Shown: positions 44,301-56,728, counted from the first letter of the whole stretch. The stretch: DNA of 58,533 nucleotides, filler included, from Jimgerdemannia flammicorona (GCA_003990765.1; 3 parts of 3 records of this genome joined end to end with filler, not necessarily neighbours in it); one strand, 5' to 3'. The notes: generated by a model not told the origin, from the letters alone. Numbers and translations: made by a program.

Positions 44301-47300
44301 TGGGGCAGACACTGGCCATGTGTCCTGTCTTTCGGCAATAGAAGTATGCTCCACTTCTTCAAAGTTCATTTCTTTTATCTTTGGTGAGTTTCTTGAAGGT
44401 ACTTGGCTGGGTGGGTTTATGATTTCTGGGTATCCATAAGGTGGATGTGGAGGGAGCTCGGGATGCCTCATACTTGGGCTCTTCTTTCTTAGTCCAAGTC
44501 TTTTCCTTGTTGTTGAATTGTCTTAGGGGCAGAATTGGTCCAGCTGTTAGGATTTGCTTGACCATAGTCTTGATTCTTGCTAGGCACCATTGTTGGTGAT
44601 CACAACCAACTGGGTAGCCTTGTTCATGGATTTTTCTTATAAGCCATTCAGGCAGAGCATCAAATAAATGGTCTACTCTTATACCATTTTGTGCTTCATC
44701 ATTGGTGATATATCCTAGGCCAACAGTGTTCAGGAGTGACTCAAGTTTTGTATAGAAGGTTTTGAATTCTTCTTTGCCATGTACATTAAATTTGAGATTG
44801 CGGAGTTTTACTTAAGATTCAGCAATCATAGTTTCACTGTGGTATTGGGCAATTATGAGTTGTTTGAGTTCAGGGGCTACGGATGGGCTCTATATCCTGG
44901 GGCATTGTTTGCTGTATTCTGAGCAACTACTGCAGGTTGGGTATCCTATGTGAGGGGTTTTTCAGGAAGGATTCGCCACCATTCTTCAGCAGGTCCTCAG
45001 AAGAATATAACAACTCAGCAGACATAGGCTATAGTGATAGCAAAGAGTTGTTCCAGAGTGTGGTCTTGATTGTTTGTCAGAACATGGTCAGCAACTTGCT
45101 CATTGGTCCATTGATTGGCTTTGAAGTTGGTGTCAACTATACTAATAAAGCTTTGGACTTCTTGTGCAGTACCATTGAAGGTAGGTAGGCTCAGATTTTT
45201 GGTAGGTCGGGTCTGTTTGGCTAAGGCAGTAATGGTGGCTGCCATTATCGCTATCTGGGCTATGAGGTCTAGAATCTGTTGATTCACCATATTGTTTCTG
45301 AAGGTGATTGGACTACTGGTAGTGGTGTTACTGGTACTACTTGAGGTACTGGTGTAGAGTGTGAGGGTGTTCTTTGGGTCTGTGTAAGATGCTGGAGTAG
45401 TAGTTGTGGGTCTGGAGTAAGGGCTTGATAGATAGCTGTTTGTTGCTGTGTAGGTATATTCTATCCTGATGGAAGTGCATCTCCTTCAGTGGTGTATCCA
45501 GGATCAAATTCACTAAGATACTCCTCTTCTTCTTCAGTTTGGTCCCCATGTAATTGGGTTTGCTCAGCATCAAAGTAGACAGAATCAGTGGTATATCTGA
45601 TTTCAGATGGACTTAATTCAAAGTCAAGTTCAGGTTCAGTATTGGTTTCAGATTTAGGTAGAGCTGTAGCAGGGCCTGCTTCTGGTTCAGAGTTAGGTAG
45701 TTGATGAAGGATTTCTCTTACTTCTTCTTTAAGAATATAGCAGGCCTTGCTGTTCTAGAATCGATAGTATAGTGTGGTCTTGGTTCTGGTATAGTGAAAA
45801 TCAGTAGAGTTGAGCCACTTGGCTACAGAGGCTTGGGCTTCATGAGGAACTAAGACTAGAAAGACTGCTGCTGGTTGTCCTAAGTCGCTCAGATTTGTAG
45901 AGCTGACAAAACTCTTATTGAGAAGAGTAAAGAAGGCTTCTATAAGACCTTCTTCATCTTGACTTGCTGGGTGTAGAGCAAGGAGTTCAGTGAATAAGGT
46001 CTCATCTATTTGCTGATTTAACTGGAGTATTTCTTTCTTCGAATAAAGCTTGTCCTACTTATTGTAGGTATGGAGGTCAAATTGTCCTTGTATGTCAGGT
46101 TCAATTCTCTCTAGATTGTCAGATGGTTCAGGATAAATTCCAGTTCAGAGGTTGGGCTTTATACCAACTTGTAGAAATTTGCAGAGGGGTTTGTAACAGG
46201 GTGAGGAAGTATCTTGAAGCAAAATTGGATTGTAAACCGCTGCTACCAAGTTGTAAGAGGGTTGCTTTTTAGGGTAACCATTACATAGTTCTGGAAGGGT
46301 TTTCTGGAAGTTCTGGATATTCTGGAAGACCGTTTTCTTATGGTCAAGATCAATTTCATATAGAGTATATCCTCTATACTTATTAATTTCAAGATCAGGT
46401 TAACATCTCAACCAAAGTCCTTTTTTCGGACTAGTTCTGGATGTTCAGGATTTTCTATATTTCAGGAAGTTCAAGAAACTAAGACTAGCTTAGTTGAATT
46501 GGCATATCGCTGCAGACAATACCCAATTAGGAAATTTTGTGATGGGGTTAGGAGTGGGACCTAACGGGGAGCAAGTTTACATAAGAGTGGTTTATGGGTT
46601 ATTAAATAGATTTATTCACTATTCATAATATTGCTATACTAGGAGTAGTGGTGTAAAGAGATATTGTGAGGAAGTATTCAGGAGTTGTGTTCAGATTATT
46701 CAAATGTTCAAGTCTGAGATTCTGAGGTCTGGAGGAGAGAGTATTTATACTAGTGAGGGGCTATCTGGACTATGCTAGATATGGATGTAGTACTAAGTGT
46801 CTTGCTGAGTCGAAATACAATCACATAGTACAAGTGTGATCTGATATATCAAGAGATCATCTGACTGCTGAGTCAGTTCACAGTTATGTTGTATAAGACT
46901 AATCTAACTATACTATGACTGCTAAGCTATTTATAGGTTTAGATACTGTCTGGGTAGTCTTTGATGACATCACTATTGATAATATCATTACTGGCAAAGT
47001 CTGAGCAGTTTTCTGACTTCTGACATCATCAGTTTCAAGGTGTCGTCACTTCTATCTCTTGCAAGATTAAGACTATCCTTAGTGGTGGTGGTTGTACAAG
47101 GATAATAGGTCTTGGTTCTCTTTTTTTTTGATCTGCTGGTACATTTGCAAGGACTGACCATTCTTGTCTAGGGTGAGGGCTCTCAATGTTATGGCTGGGG
47201 GTTCAAATCTCTTGGAAATGATATTTTCTATAATCTGAGGCAATTTCTAGTAGTAATATCTGTCACATGGATGGCTTGAGATTGGTTTCAACAATGTCAG

Positions 47301-47754
47301 CTTTCTTGAGTTCAGATGAAGTATCTGTCACTCTCCAACAGAGGTAACACAGATAGAGCAAACAGAGTTGTTCAAATGTGTTTTGCTTCTGCTAAGTAAT
47401 AAGGTCTTGTATAGTTGTAGTATATTCTGGTCTTGAGTTAATAAGTACAGTTCATGAACCTTTTGGTAGATGAGATAGGGTTCTTTTTGTCTTGATTTGA
47501 GTTTGGTACTTTCAGTTTCTTTTTGTAATAGTACAGTACACTATAACTAGTTATAGTAGTTCAGAGTCAGTCTTGTGGTTGTAGTACTTCTTCTAGTATT
47601 CTTGTATCTTGGTGGTGAGTTCTTGTACTTGCTGGTATATTTCATGTAACCAGATGATCTCTTCAGTAACTTGTTTTATAGTCTTACATGTGGTTTCCAA
47701 ATTAGTTCTGAGGATACCATGTGATTTTGGTGACTTAGAGGTTATGTGCTTATA
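41358..47754 (-). mobile_element. Gypsy family C, inner non-autonomous copy nested in the gag of the outer copy
   Basis: Two 1503-bp LTRs (41358-42860, 46252-47754), 5-bp TSD GCTCA (41353-41357, 47755-47759), PBS TGGTAGCAGCGG (46237-46248), PPT AAAAGGGGAGAGT (42861-42873). Internal order is gag-dUTPase-PR, then a direct junction (~43050) to a chromodomain remnant (EEYKVEQILN). RT, RH and IN are absent. Confidence 0.93.
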
Positions 47755-50239
47755 GCTCAGGATGCTTTATACTTGGGTTCTTCCTTCTTGGTCCAAGTCT
47801 TTTCCTTGTTGTTGAATTGTCTTCAGGGCAGAATTGGTCCAGCTATTAGGATTCACTTGACCATAGTCTTGATTCTCACCAGGTACTATTATTGGTAATT
47901 GCAATCAACTGGGCAGTCTTGTTCTCAGATTTTTCTAGTAAGCTATTCAGGCAGTATATCAAATAGATGGTCTGCTCTTGTATCATTTCGTGCTTCATCA
48001 TTGGCAATATATCTCAGGCCAATGGTATTCAAGAGTGATTTGAGTTTTGTACAGAAGGTTTTAAATTCTTCTTTGTCATATATATCAAATTTGAGGTTGT
48101 GGAGTTTTACTCGAGATTCAGCAATCATGGTTTTGCTGCAGTATTGAGCAATTATGAGTTATTTGAGTCCAGGGGCTGCAGGATGGGCTCTATATCCTGG
48201 GGCATTATTTGCTGCATTCTGAGCAACTACTGCAGATCGGGTGTCCCATGTAAGGGATTTTTCAGAAAGGGTTCACTACTATTCTTCAGCAGGTCCTCGA
48301 AAGAATATAACAACTCAGTGGACATAGGCTGTGGTGGTAGCAAAGAGTTGTTCCAGAGTGTGGTCTTGATTGTTTGTCAGAACACAGTCAGTAACTTGCT
48401 CATTGGTCCATTGATTGGCTTCAAAGTTAGTGTCAACTATACTAATAAAGCTTTGGACTTCTTGTGTAGTACTATTGAAGATGGGTAGGCTTAGATTTTT
48501 GGTAGGTTGGGTCTGTTCAGCTAAGGCAGTAATGGTTGCTGCCATTATGGCTACCTGAGCTATGAGGTCTAGAATCTATTAGTTTGCTATATTATTTGCT
48601 AGAGGTAGTTGGACTACTGGTAGTGGTATTACTGGTACTACTTGAGATACTGGTGCAGAGTATGAGGGTGTTCTCTGGGTCTGTATAAGTTGCTGGAGTA
48701 ATAGTTATGAGTTTGGAGTGGAGGCTTGATAGATAGCTGTTTGTTGCTGTATAGGTGTATTCTGTCTTGATGGAGGTACTTCTCCTTCTATAGTATATCC
48801 AGGATTGAATTCACTAAGATACTCCTCCTCCTCTTCAGTTTGGTCCTTATGTAATTGGGTTTGCTTGGTATCAAAGTAGACAGAATCAGTTATATCTGAT
48901 TTCAGATGGACTTAATTCAAAGTCAAGTTCTGGTTCAGTATTAGTTTCAGGTTCAGGTAGGGCTGTAGCTGGGCCTGCTTCTGGTTTGGGATCAGGTAGT
49001 TGATGAAGGGTTTCTCTTGCTTTTTCTTTAAGAATATAGCAGGCCTTGCTGTTCTGGAATTAGTAGTATAGTACAGTCTTGGTCCAGGTATGGTGAAAGT
49101 CAGTAGAGTTGAGCCACTTGGCTATAGAGGCTTGGGCTTCATGAGGAACTAAGGCTAGAAAGACTGCTGCTGGTTGTCCTAGATCACTCAGATTTATAGA
49201 GCTGACAAAACTCTTGTTGAGAAGAGTAAAGAAGGCTTCTATAAGACCTTTTTCATCTTAACTTGCTGGGTGTAGTGCAAGGAGTTCAGTGAATAGGGTT
49301 TCACCTATTTGCTAGTTTAATCAGAGTATTTCTTTCTTTGAATGAAGTTTGTCCCACTTGTTATAGATGTGGAGGTCAAATTGTTCTTGTACATCAGGTT
49401 CAATTCTCTCTAGATTGTCAGATGGTTTAGGATAAATTTCAGTTCAGAGGTTGGGCTTTATACCAACTTGTAGGAATTCTCAGAGGGATTTGTAGTGGGG
49501 TGAGGAAGTGTCTTGAAGCAGAATTGGATTGTAAACCACTGCTACCAAGTTATAAGAGAATTGCTTTTTAGAGTAACTGTTACATAGTTCTGGAAGGGTT
49601 TTCTGGAGGTTCTGGATATTCTGGAAGACTGTTTTCTTATGGTTAAGATCAATTTCATATGGAGTATATCCTCTATGCTTATTGATTTCAAGATTGGGTT
49701 GACATCTCAACTAAAGTCCTTTTTCAGACTAGTTTTGGATATTCAGGATTTTCTATATTTCAGGAAGTTCAAGAAACTAAGACCAGCTTAGTTGAATTGA
49801 TATATCGCTGCAGACAATACCCAATTAGGAAATTTCATAATAGGGTTAGAAGTGGGACCTAACAGGGAGTGGATTTACTTAAGAGTGGTTTGTGGATTAT
49901 TAAATAGGTTTATTCACTATTTATGATATTATTATATATACTAGGAGTAGTTGTGTGAAGGGATATTATGGGAAGTGTTCAGGAATGTTCTTGTGTGTTC
50001 AAGTCTGTTCCAGTCTGAGATTCTGAGGTCTGGAAGAGGGGGTATTTATACTAGTGAGGGGCTATCTAGACTATACTAAATATGGATATAGCACTAAGTG
50101 CCTTGCTGAGTCGGAATGCAGTCACATAGTACAAGAGTGATCTGACATATCAAGAGATCGTCTGAATGCTGAGTCAGTTCAAAGTCATGTCATATAGGGC
50201 TAATCTAACTATACTATGACTGCTAAGCTATTTATAGAT

Positions 50240-51699
50240 TTAGATGCTATCTGAGTAGTCTTCGATGACATCACTATCGATAACATCATCTCTGATGAAG
50301 TAGTCATCCAGGAAGAGTAGTTTGCAGATTACTTCTCCTTCTTGGCTAAGGTAGTAATATATTAGGACTTTGTTGCTGTCCCACAGGATAGCATCATCTG
50401 TCTCATATGCTGGATAAGATGTTAGTAGGTGAAGGAGTAGTGTATTATCTTTGCTTTCATCAGATTCACTATCTGCATACCTTCTATAAGTTACAATACT
50501 ATGAGTCATGTAGTTGTAGTTAGTGCTCTCAACAAATCGAATCAAGGGTCCAATTCGATTTGAAGTTCGATTCGAACCTTAATTTTCAAAATATAATAAC
50601 TCGACGAAAACTCATCCAAATTTAACGTATTTTAGCTTGTTAGATTCACTGTATTAATGTGATTCTAACAAGCTAAAGTATGTTAGATTTGGATGAGTTT
50701 ATGCTGAGTTATTGTATTTTGAAAATTAGGGTTTGAATCAGACCCTCAATTCGATTCGACTTTTGATTCAATTCAAATTGATTTGAATTGAAAAATCCCC
50801 AATTCGATTCGACTCGTTTAACCCTCAATTTGATTCAATTTGAATTGATTTGACTCATTTGAGAGCACTAGTTATATGTAGTATGCTGACAGCTGTGGTT
50901 TATATGGCTCATACTTAGGTGGTGGAGTGATTGGTTCAATCTCAAGGATTGTCTGAAGGTATAGGTTGTGTTCTCTAGTCTCTTCATTGTAGTTGAAGTA
51001 GTCGGGAGTGAACGTGGGTTGGTATTCATATCAGTGGTCATTGTCTCAATAAGTCTCATATGTAGTTATGAACTATTGTAAGTTCATTGACAAGATTGGC
51101 AGCATGATCAGAGTTGGTAGAGATTCTTGGCTTGAGGTCATGTTGGCATCAAAGGGATCATTGTCTTCTGCTTCATTTTTGTCAAATCAAATTATGTTGT
51201 AGATATCCTTCATAGCATATCTGACTTAAGACATTTGTAGGATATGGTCATCAGGGTATAGGAAGGTTTTGTCTGTGGTTTCAATATACTTGAGGTAATT
51301 GTGGTTGAGTTCTTATATCATGTCATTGATTTGGCCATAGGACAGGGTAGCAATCATTTTACTGATAGTAACTTGGAGGTGGGGAATAAAGGTACTATAC
51401 TCATAGAAGAGTTCTCGGTGTTTGCAGGCAATGAGCTTCTGGTATTGAGACATCTGAGTGATATCTGTATCATGGTGGTGTTCGACCATGTCTTCCAGGA
51501 GGCAGCCGATCTGATAGTAGCTTGAGATTTGTCTGATTTGGTAGGCCTCAGTAAGCATGTTCAGGGCATTCCATCAGGCTTCCACAAAGTAGAGGGATGC
51601 CAGGCTATAGATATTCATAAGGGGCAGAGGGGGTGTAGCTCAGTTGACAATAGCATTCCAAATATCAGTACAGATGCAGTTATAGATCTTGGTGGTCAT
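50240..51699 (-). pseudogene. LTR-embedded accessory ORF of unknown function (~370 codons after removing the MITE)
   Basis: ACACAAAC-ATG at 51699 with a TATA-like run at 51769-51779. One frame continues across the 350-bp MITE with several TAA/TGA/TAG stops. Similar to the ORF at 57393-58250. Confidence 0.6.
50521..50870. mobile_element. hAT-family MITE (350 bp), same family as 8618-8954
   Basis: Perfect terminal inverted repeat TAGTGCTCTC...GAGAGCACTA, TTCGA/GAATT pentamer arrays and an internal inverted repeat (~50570-50740). TSD not clean. Confidence 0.88.
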
Positions 51700-52050
51700 G
51701 TTTGTGTGTTTGGAAGTTGTGGTTGTTGTTTGTTTTGGTTCTCTGTTTCAACATATCTTGGTGCTCAGTATATATATATTTGGTCCTGATTGGTAAGATT
51801 CCATTTATGTGAATCTTATATTCTGTGACTTTGTATTGACTCAGCTTTGTAATCAGGCAGATTATTTCCAAATTTGTTTGGAGGTCACATGTGATTTCAG
51901 TGGCTTGTTCAGAGGGTGATGTGTGATTTCAGTGGCTTAGAGGTTATACACTTACACTTATTTATATTCTTTTACAATTACTCATATTTCTTTAGACTTT
52001 CTCTAGTATTATCAAAGTAAGTAGAGAGAGCTTTAGTTTTTAGAGTAATC

Positions 52051-52383
52051 TGAAGAAAAGAAATTAGTATAGTTATTAATTTTCATTACTGAAGAAGAGA
52101 GGTTGACAGAGTTATCAATTTTTGTTACTAGAGAAGGAAAGTTGATATAGTTATTAATTTTCATTACTAGAGAAGATCAAGTCCTTCAGGACTGCTGACA
52201 CTTGAAAAAATTGGAATGATACAGAGAAGATTAGCATGGCCCCTGCATAAGGATGATACTATCTTCCTGAGTGGATAGCCCTATATGGGCAAGTTTCATT
52301 ACTGGAGAAGAGAGGTTGGCATAGTTATTAATTTTCATTACTAAAGAAGAAAAATTAATATAGTTATCAATTTTTATCACTGA
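52051..52383. repeat. 39-bp tandem repeat (~6 units) interrupted by a U6 copy
   Basis: Consensus TGGAGAAGAGAGGTTGACATAGTTATCAATTTTCATTAC, bracketed by a ~55-bp direct repeat (~51980-52032 and ~52400-52453). Confidence 0.8.
52181..52296 (+). ncRNA. U6: U6 snRNA copy, probably a retro-pseudogene
   Basis: 5' hairpin GTCC-TTCA-GGAC, core AAATTGGAATGATACAGAGAAGATTAGCATGGCCCCTGCATAAGGATGATAC (ACAGAGA box, AGC triad, ISL). Departures from consensus in the core are C>T/G>A. 17-bp flanking duplication. Confidence 0.9.
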
Positions 52384-52905
52384 ATTGACTCTTACTTATA
52401 TTCTTATATTTTTTTAGACTTTCTCTAGTATTGTCAAAATAAGTAAAGAGAGCTAGTACTCTCAATGAATCAAATCAAATCGAATTTGATCTCAATTTGA
52501 ATCTAAATATAGTAGTATTTTATATATATAGTTTAATATACAACAATACTCTCTCAAAGTAATCAAGTATGTTTAATGTACTTTTGATACTACTATCTAT
52601 AGAGAATACTATGGTAATAGCTTTAGTATCGGATATAAGTATAGCTACTAAGTATAGTCTCATCATAGATCTCATCATAGTCTGAGAAAGGAAAAGAATA
52701 CTCTGATATTTAGAAGGAGTTTACAAAGGAGCATATGGAAAATAGAGATATTCAAATTAAATATAACTACTGTAGAGTATTATATAAGACTATTGGTAGT
52801 TCAACAACAAATTTGTAGGCACATTTTAATAAGTATCATAAGAGTCATCAAAGAGAAGGAGAGATAGAGTTATTTTTTTCATAAGTATATTTTTTATATA
52901 ACTTG

Positions 52906-52959
<54 letters not shown>

Positions 52960-53559
52960 TTATTATTATTAATTTATTATTACTTTATAATATTCAAATA
53001 GCCAAAATTCTCTATGTCATTATTTTGAGAAAAGTTTATTTGCTGAATTATTAGTAACAGTCAGCCTTTTATAGTTGTTGAGAATTTAGAGTTAAAAGAT
53101 CTTTTTTTCCTTTTAAAACTGGACATTATTATGTCTTCTACTGGGACTATATAAAATAAAATTAAACTGATCTTTTAACAGAAGCATGATATTATCAAAA
53201 TTATACTACAGGTAAGATCTAATATTTTGATATTAAATATTAATTCAAATATTTCCAAGTTGAATATCTATTTGAATTAATCTTATTATATTTGAAAATA
53301 GAATATATAAGGACAAATATTTTTCACTATTGATATATAGATACATATCTCCAAATATACATATATTTCTTAGAATTAATATATATTAGATCTGTCAGAA
53401 TTGACAACTTAACTATATACTGATTGATTTTATCAAACTATTAGAATCTCATTCAGGTGAAAATCTTACTAATGCCTTTGGAAGATATGTTTGAGATTTT
53501 AGCATACAGACAAAGGTACATAGATCATATATATTTTGAAAAGATCAAAAAAAAAAAAA

Positions 53560-53730
53560 GGTTGAGATAGTCAGGATTTTTAAAAAAGAGTAGAATTTTT
53601 GGGATTTTTTTAAAAAAGAGTAGAATTTTTGGGATTTTTTTAAAAAAGAGTAGGATTTTTCAAAAAAAGGTTGGATTTTCGAATTTTTAAAAAAGGTCAG
53701 AATTTTTGAAAAAAATCAGAATTTTTGAAA
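53560..53730. repeat. A/T-run tandem repeats inside a hAT intron
   Basis: 30-nt unit TAAAAAAGAGTAGAATTTTTGGGATTTTTT repeated, followed by shorter variants. Confidence 0.7.
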
Positions 53731-53980
53731 ACTTATATTTTGAATTATTGATCTTTTACTTTAGATATTAGCTATAATAATAGACAATATATCTAATAAT
53801 AACATATTTTTTCAAGAAATTGGAATGGAGTTTGATATTGGTCTTTATTGGCTAATACAATATATTCATTACCTGGCTCATATTATTAATCTGACTGCTC
53901 AGACCTTTTTAGTTTATATGAAGGCTAATGATGATAGATAACTAACTTTAAAACTCTAAACAAATATTATCAAGATCTAG

Positions 53981-55405
53981 TTTTTTTTTTTTTTTTTTTT
54001 TTTTTTTATAGTCACTTGGACTCTTCCTTTATTATACCCATCTATCCTATATAAGTATAGTGAACCCACCCCCTATCCAATCCCCCTAGAGGGGCCCCTC
54101 CCCTCTATCCCTTCTCGACGAAACACTACTCTATCAAATACAATCCCCACTCTCCCACCACTCTGTTCATATATCCTCACTACCAAACCTCACTGCCGCC
54201 ACTCTGAAGGACCCCAACCTATCCACCATCTAGCCAACAGATCCCCCAACAGCTCCTCCCACCTTAAAACCTTCTTCTGCAGACTCATCCACCACTCCTC
54301 CTCAAATACAAATAGCCAATATCCTGCCAATCTCACCCAAACTGCTAATACCCACCCAACAGTAAGCCAACTATCACACACCTCCCCCACCAGCCAAGAT
54401 CTCAAGTCCTTCCAGTGATCTCTTCCACCTGCTGGCCTACACTCCACACCCAGTCTATTTTCTATTTTAACCCAAAAGTCCCCCAAAATCTCACACTCTC
54501 CCAGCCAATGTTCTGGTGTCTGCACCAAACCCCCAGCTTGCCCTACATCATAACACTCCTCACAATCAAAACAGCCACCATCCACCAGATACCTGGTGCA
54601 GAAATTCAGCATGACATTCCTTCATAGCATTTACCACCACACTACCCAGAACTTGGGAGGAAGCCACTGCCGTACCTCAGCACTCCAAGACCAGATACCT
54701 GCCCAGTCCCACTCCTTGCTGATCCTGACTGCCTGTCAACCACTTGGCCAAAGGTCCTAGCCAAGACCCTTCTGACACTCTACTCCATCCCCAATATCAA
54801 AATCAGCAAGTAGAGCACCCCCCAGTAGCAGTCTATCCTATCGCCACATACTAGGACCCCACAACACCCCCCCCTCATTGCCTTGCCAGTATAGACTAAT
54901 TCTGTATACTCTATTGACCACTCCTCACCAAAAGCCCTTAAATCGCAGCCACTGAATTCCATTGAGCCCTACTAAAGAGAGTAGATCTCCTGAGGACTCT
55001 TGGGGGGAGGTTCTCATCTCCCACACCTTCTGCATCAGAAGTACCCACCCCCCTCCCTGTAGTTCAGCTGCTCTCTTCAACCACCAGGCTCGCAAGCAGT
55101 GCAACCTCTTAGGGAAATCCACAAGACCAAGACCTCCTCTGTCCACCAGTATCGCAAGAGTATCCCAACTAATCTGGGACCTCCTCCCTGCCCAAATCCA
55201 ATCCCTAGCCACCTTTGTCAGCCTCTTCACCACCCAAACTGGGAAGTCTAGGTGATATGCCACATACTATAGCTTGGGGAACCAGTATGTATTCAGAATT
55301 GATACTTGCCCTGCTAGAGAGATATGGCAGCCTCTCCAACCTTGAAGGGCCTCCCCCCAAATAGCCACCCTGCTCTCCCACCACACTCATGGCAAGACAG
55401 AACCA
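53981..55405 (-). mobile_element. 5'-truncated L1/Tx1-like insertion with poly(A) and TSD, inside the hAT transposase
   Basis: Poly(T) 53981-54007, TSD TATCAAGATCTAG (53968-53980 and 55406-55418), same ORF2 motifs as the other two copies. Confidence 0.93.
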
Positions 55406-56728
55406 TATCAAGATCTAGTTATCACTATAATATCTTGATCAATTTAAAGTATAATGTAAAGCTTTTAGAATCAGCAATTTAAAAGAACTTATTCTGGATA
55501 TTAAGACTTAGTGGAATTTGATATATTTTATAATTGAATGGATCTTAGAATTATCAGAGATAAGTTTTATATTATATTATATTATATTATATTATAATTT
55601 ATATTATAATAATTTATTTATTAATAAATTAATTTTTATTAATAGCCCTTAACCACAATAATTATGGTCAATAAAGATTTGCAAAAATATACTATTGAAG
55701 ATAATACTTGGCAGATACTAAAAGATATTATGAAAATTCTAAAGAACTTTTAAAAGACAATAGATCTTGCAGCTAAACAGAAATATATAATAGTTTATAT
55801 GACTATTCTAATTTACAACTATCTGCTGAATAAGTTGGAGGATGACAAAGATATTTGAATACTAAAGATAGAAGAGCTGACAGATATTATTTACTAGACA
55901 ATAACAGCAGCTATTGATAAGTTGAAGATATATTATTCAATGACAGATAGTCTTTATTATATTAGGACTAGTAAGTAAATATTTCAATAAATCTATTATT
56001 CAAAATTTGTTTGATCAGTTGGTCACTACAAATCTATTTTTTGAAATAAAAACCAGTTTTCAATTCCAGGATTAAACTAGGATATTATTTATCTTATAGT
56101 TGGGAAGACATTTAGATCCAAGAGACTGAAAACACACTTTGTATAGTCTATAACAAAAACTATACTCCTCTATCTGGATCAGTTTATCACATAATTTCCA
56201 ATATTGATGTCAATATTGATGTTGATGCTATAATTGAAGATAATAATGACATCCTTACTGAACTAGATAAATATATATTCTATAGTAACAAAAGATAAAA
56301 ACTGACAACAAATCCAGAGTAAGAGGTAGATACTTATTTAAAAAGTGAAATTGTTAAATTTCAATTAGGAGTTAATATATTATTATAGTGATAAGTGAGT
56401 TGGGCTTTCATATTCAAATTTGATCTATATATTTCAAAAGTTTTTTCTAATTAATTAATTTATTAGAAATATTAAAGCCATAGCAGAGATTTCTGAAATT
56501 TAGCAAAAATAGCATGTGACTATTTAGCTATCTCAGCAACAAGTGCTCTAATTGAGCAGGTTTTTTTAAGTAGTACAGATCTTATAATACCCAAAAGAGG
56601 TACTTTAGACCCTAAAATGATCTATAAACATATGCATTTAAAGATATAGTAATCAGTCTAGTATTCTGATCTTAAAATATAGTATAATCTCAAAATATAG
56701 TTTCTCAAAATACTAAATATATATATAT

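Larger units (their letters stand above)
39863..51956 (-). mobile_element. Gypsy family C, outer copy: long 5' LTR (49551-51956), PBS, gag (interrupted), dUTPase, CPHG module, protease, RT start
   Basis: LTR TGTAAG...CTTATA, PBS TGGTAGCAG(T/C)GG (tRNA-iMet-like), gag 47755-49450, dUTPase ~40720-41120, protease IMIDSS ~40440, RT start FPKKLPKGLPPK ~39900. Truncated there by the LINE. Confidence 0.88.
52454..56700 (+). mobile_element. hAT DNA transposon with decayed, intron-containing transposase
   Basis: Left end TAGTACTCTCAA plus pentamer repeats like the MITEs. BED-finger remnant (GSSTTNL.AHF..YH ~52780-52840), DNISNN and LAHIINL (~53780-53895), KT*WN (~55500), dimerisation domain DYLAISATSALIEQVF...PKRGTL (~56515-56610). 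Right TIR not seen. Confidence 0.88.

Noticed and set aside
46150..46175. Second PBS-like motif (minus strand CTACA-AGT-TGGTATAAAGCC)
   Set aside because: The LTR end at 46252 is fixed by the TGTAAG/CTTACA termini, equal LTR lengths and the TSD, so the PBS at 46237-46248 is preferred.
50513..50878. 8-bp TSD for the second MITE
   Set aside because: Flanks GTTGTAGT and GTTATATG match only partly, so no TSD is claimed.
52051..52383. 39-bp repeats with one unique insert, superficially CRISPR-like
   Set aside because: Units are head-to-tail with no spacers, the single insert is U6, there are no cas genes and the context is eukaryotic.
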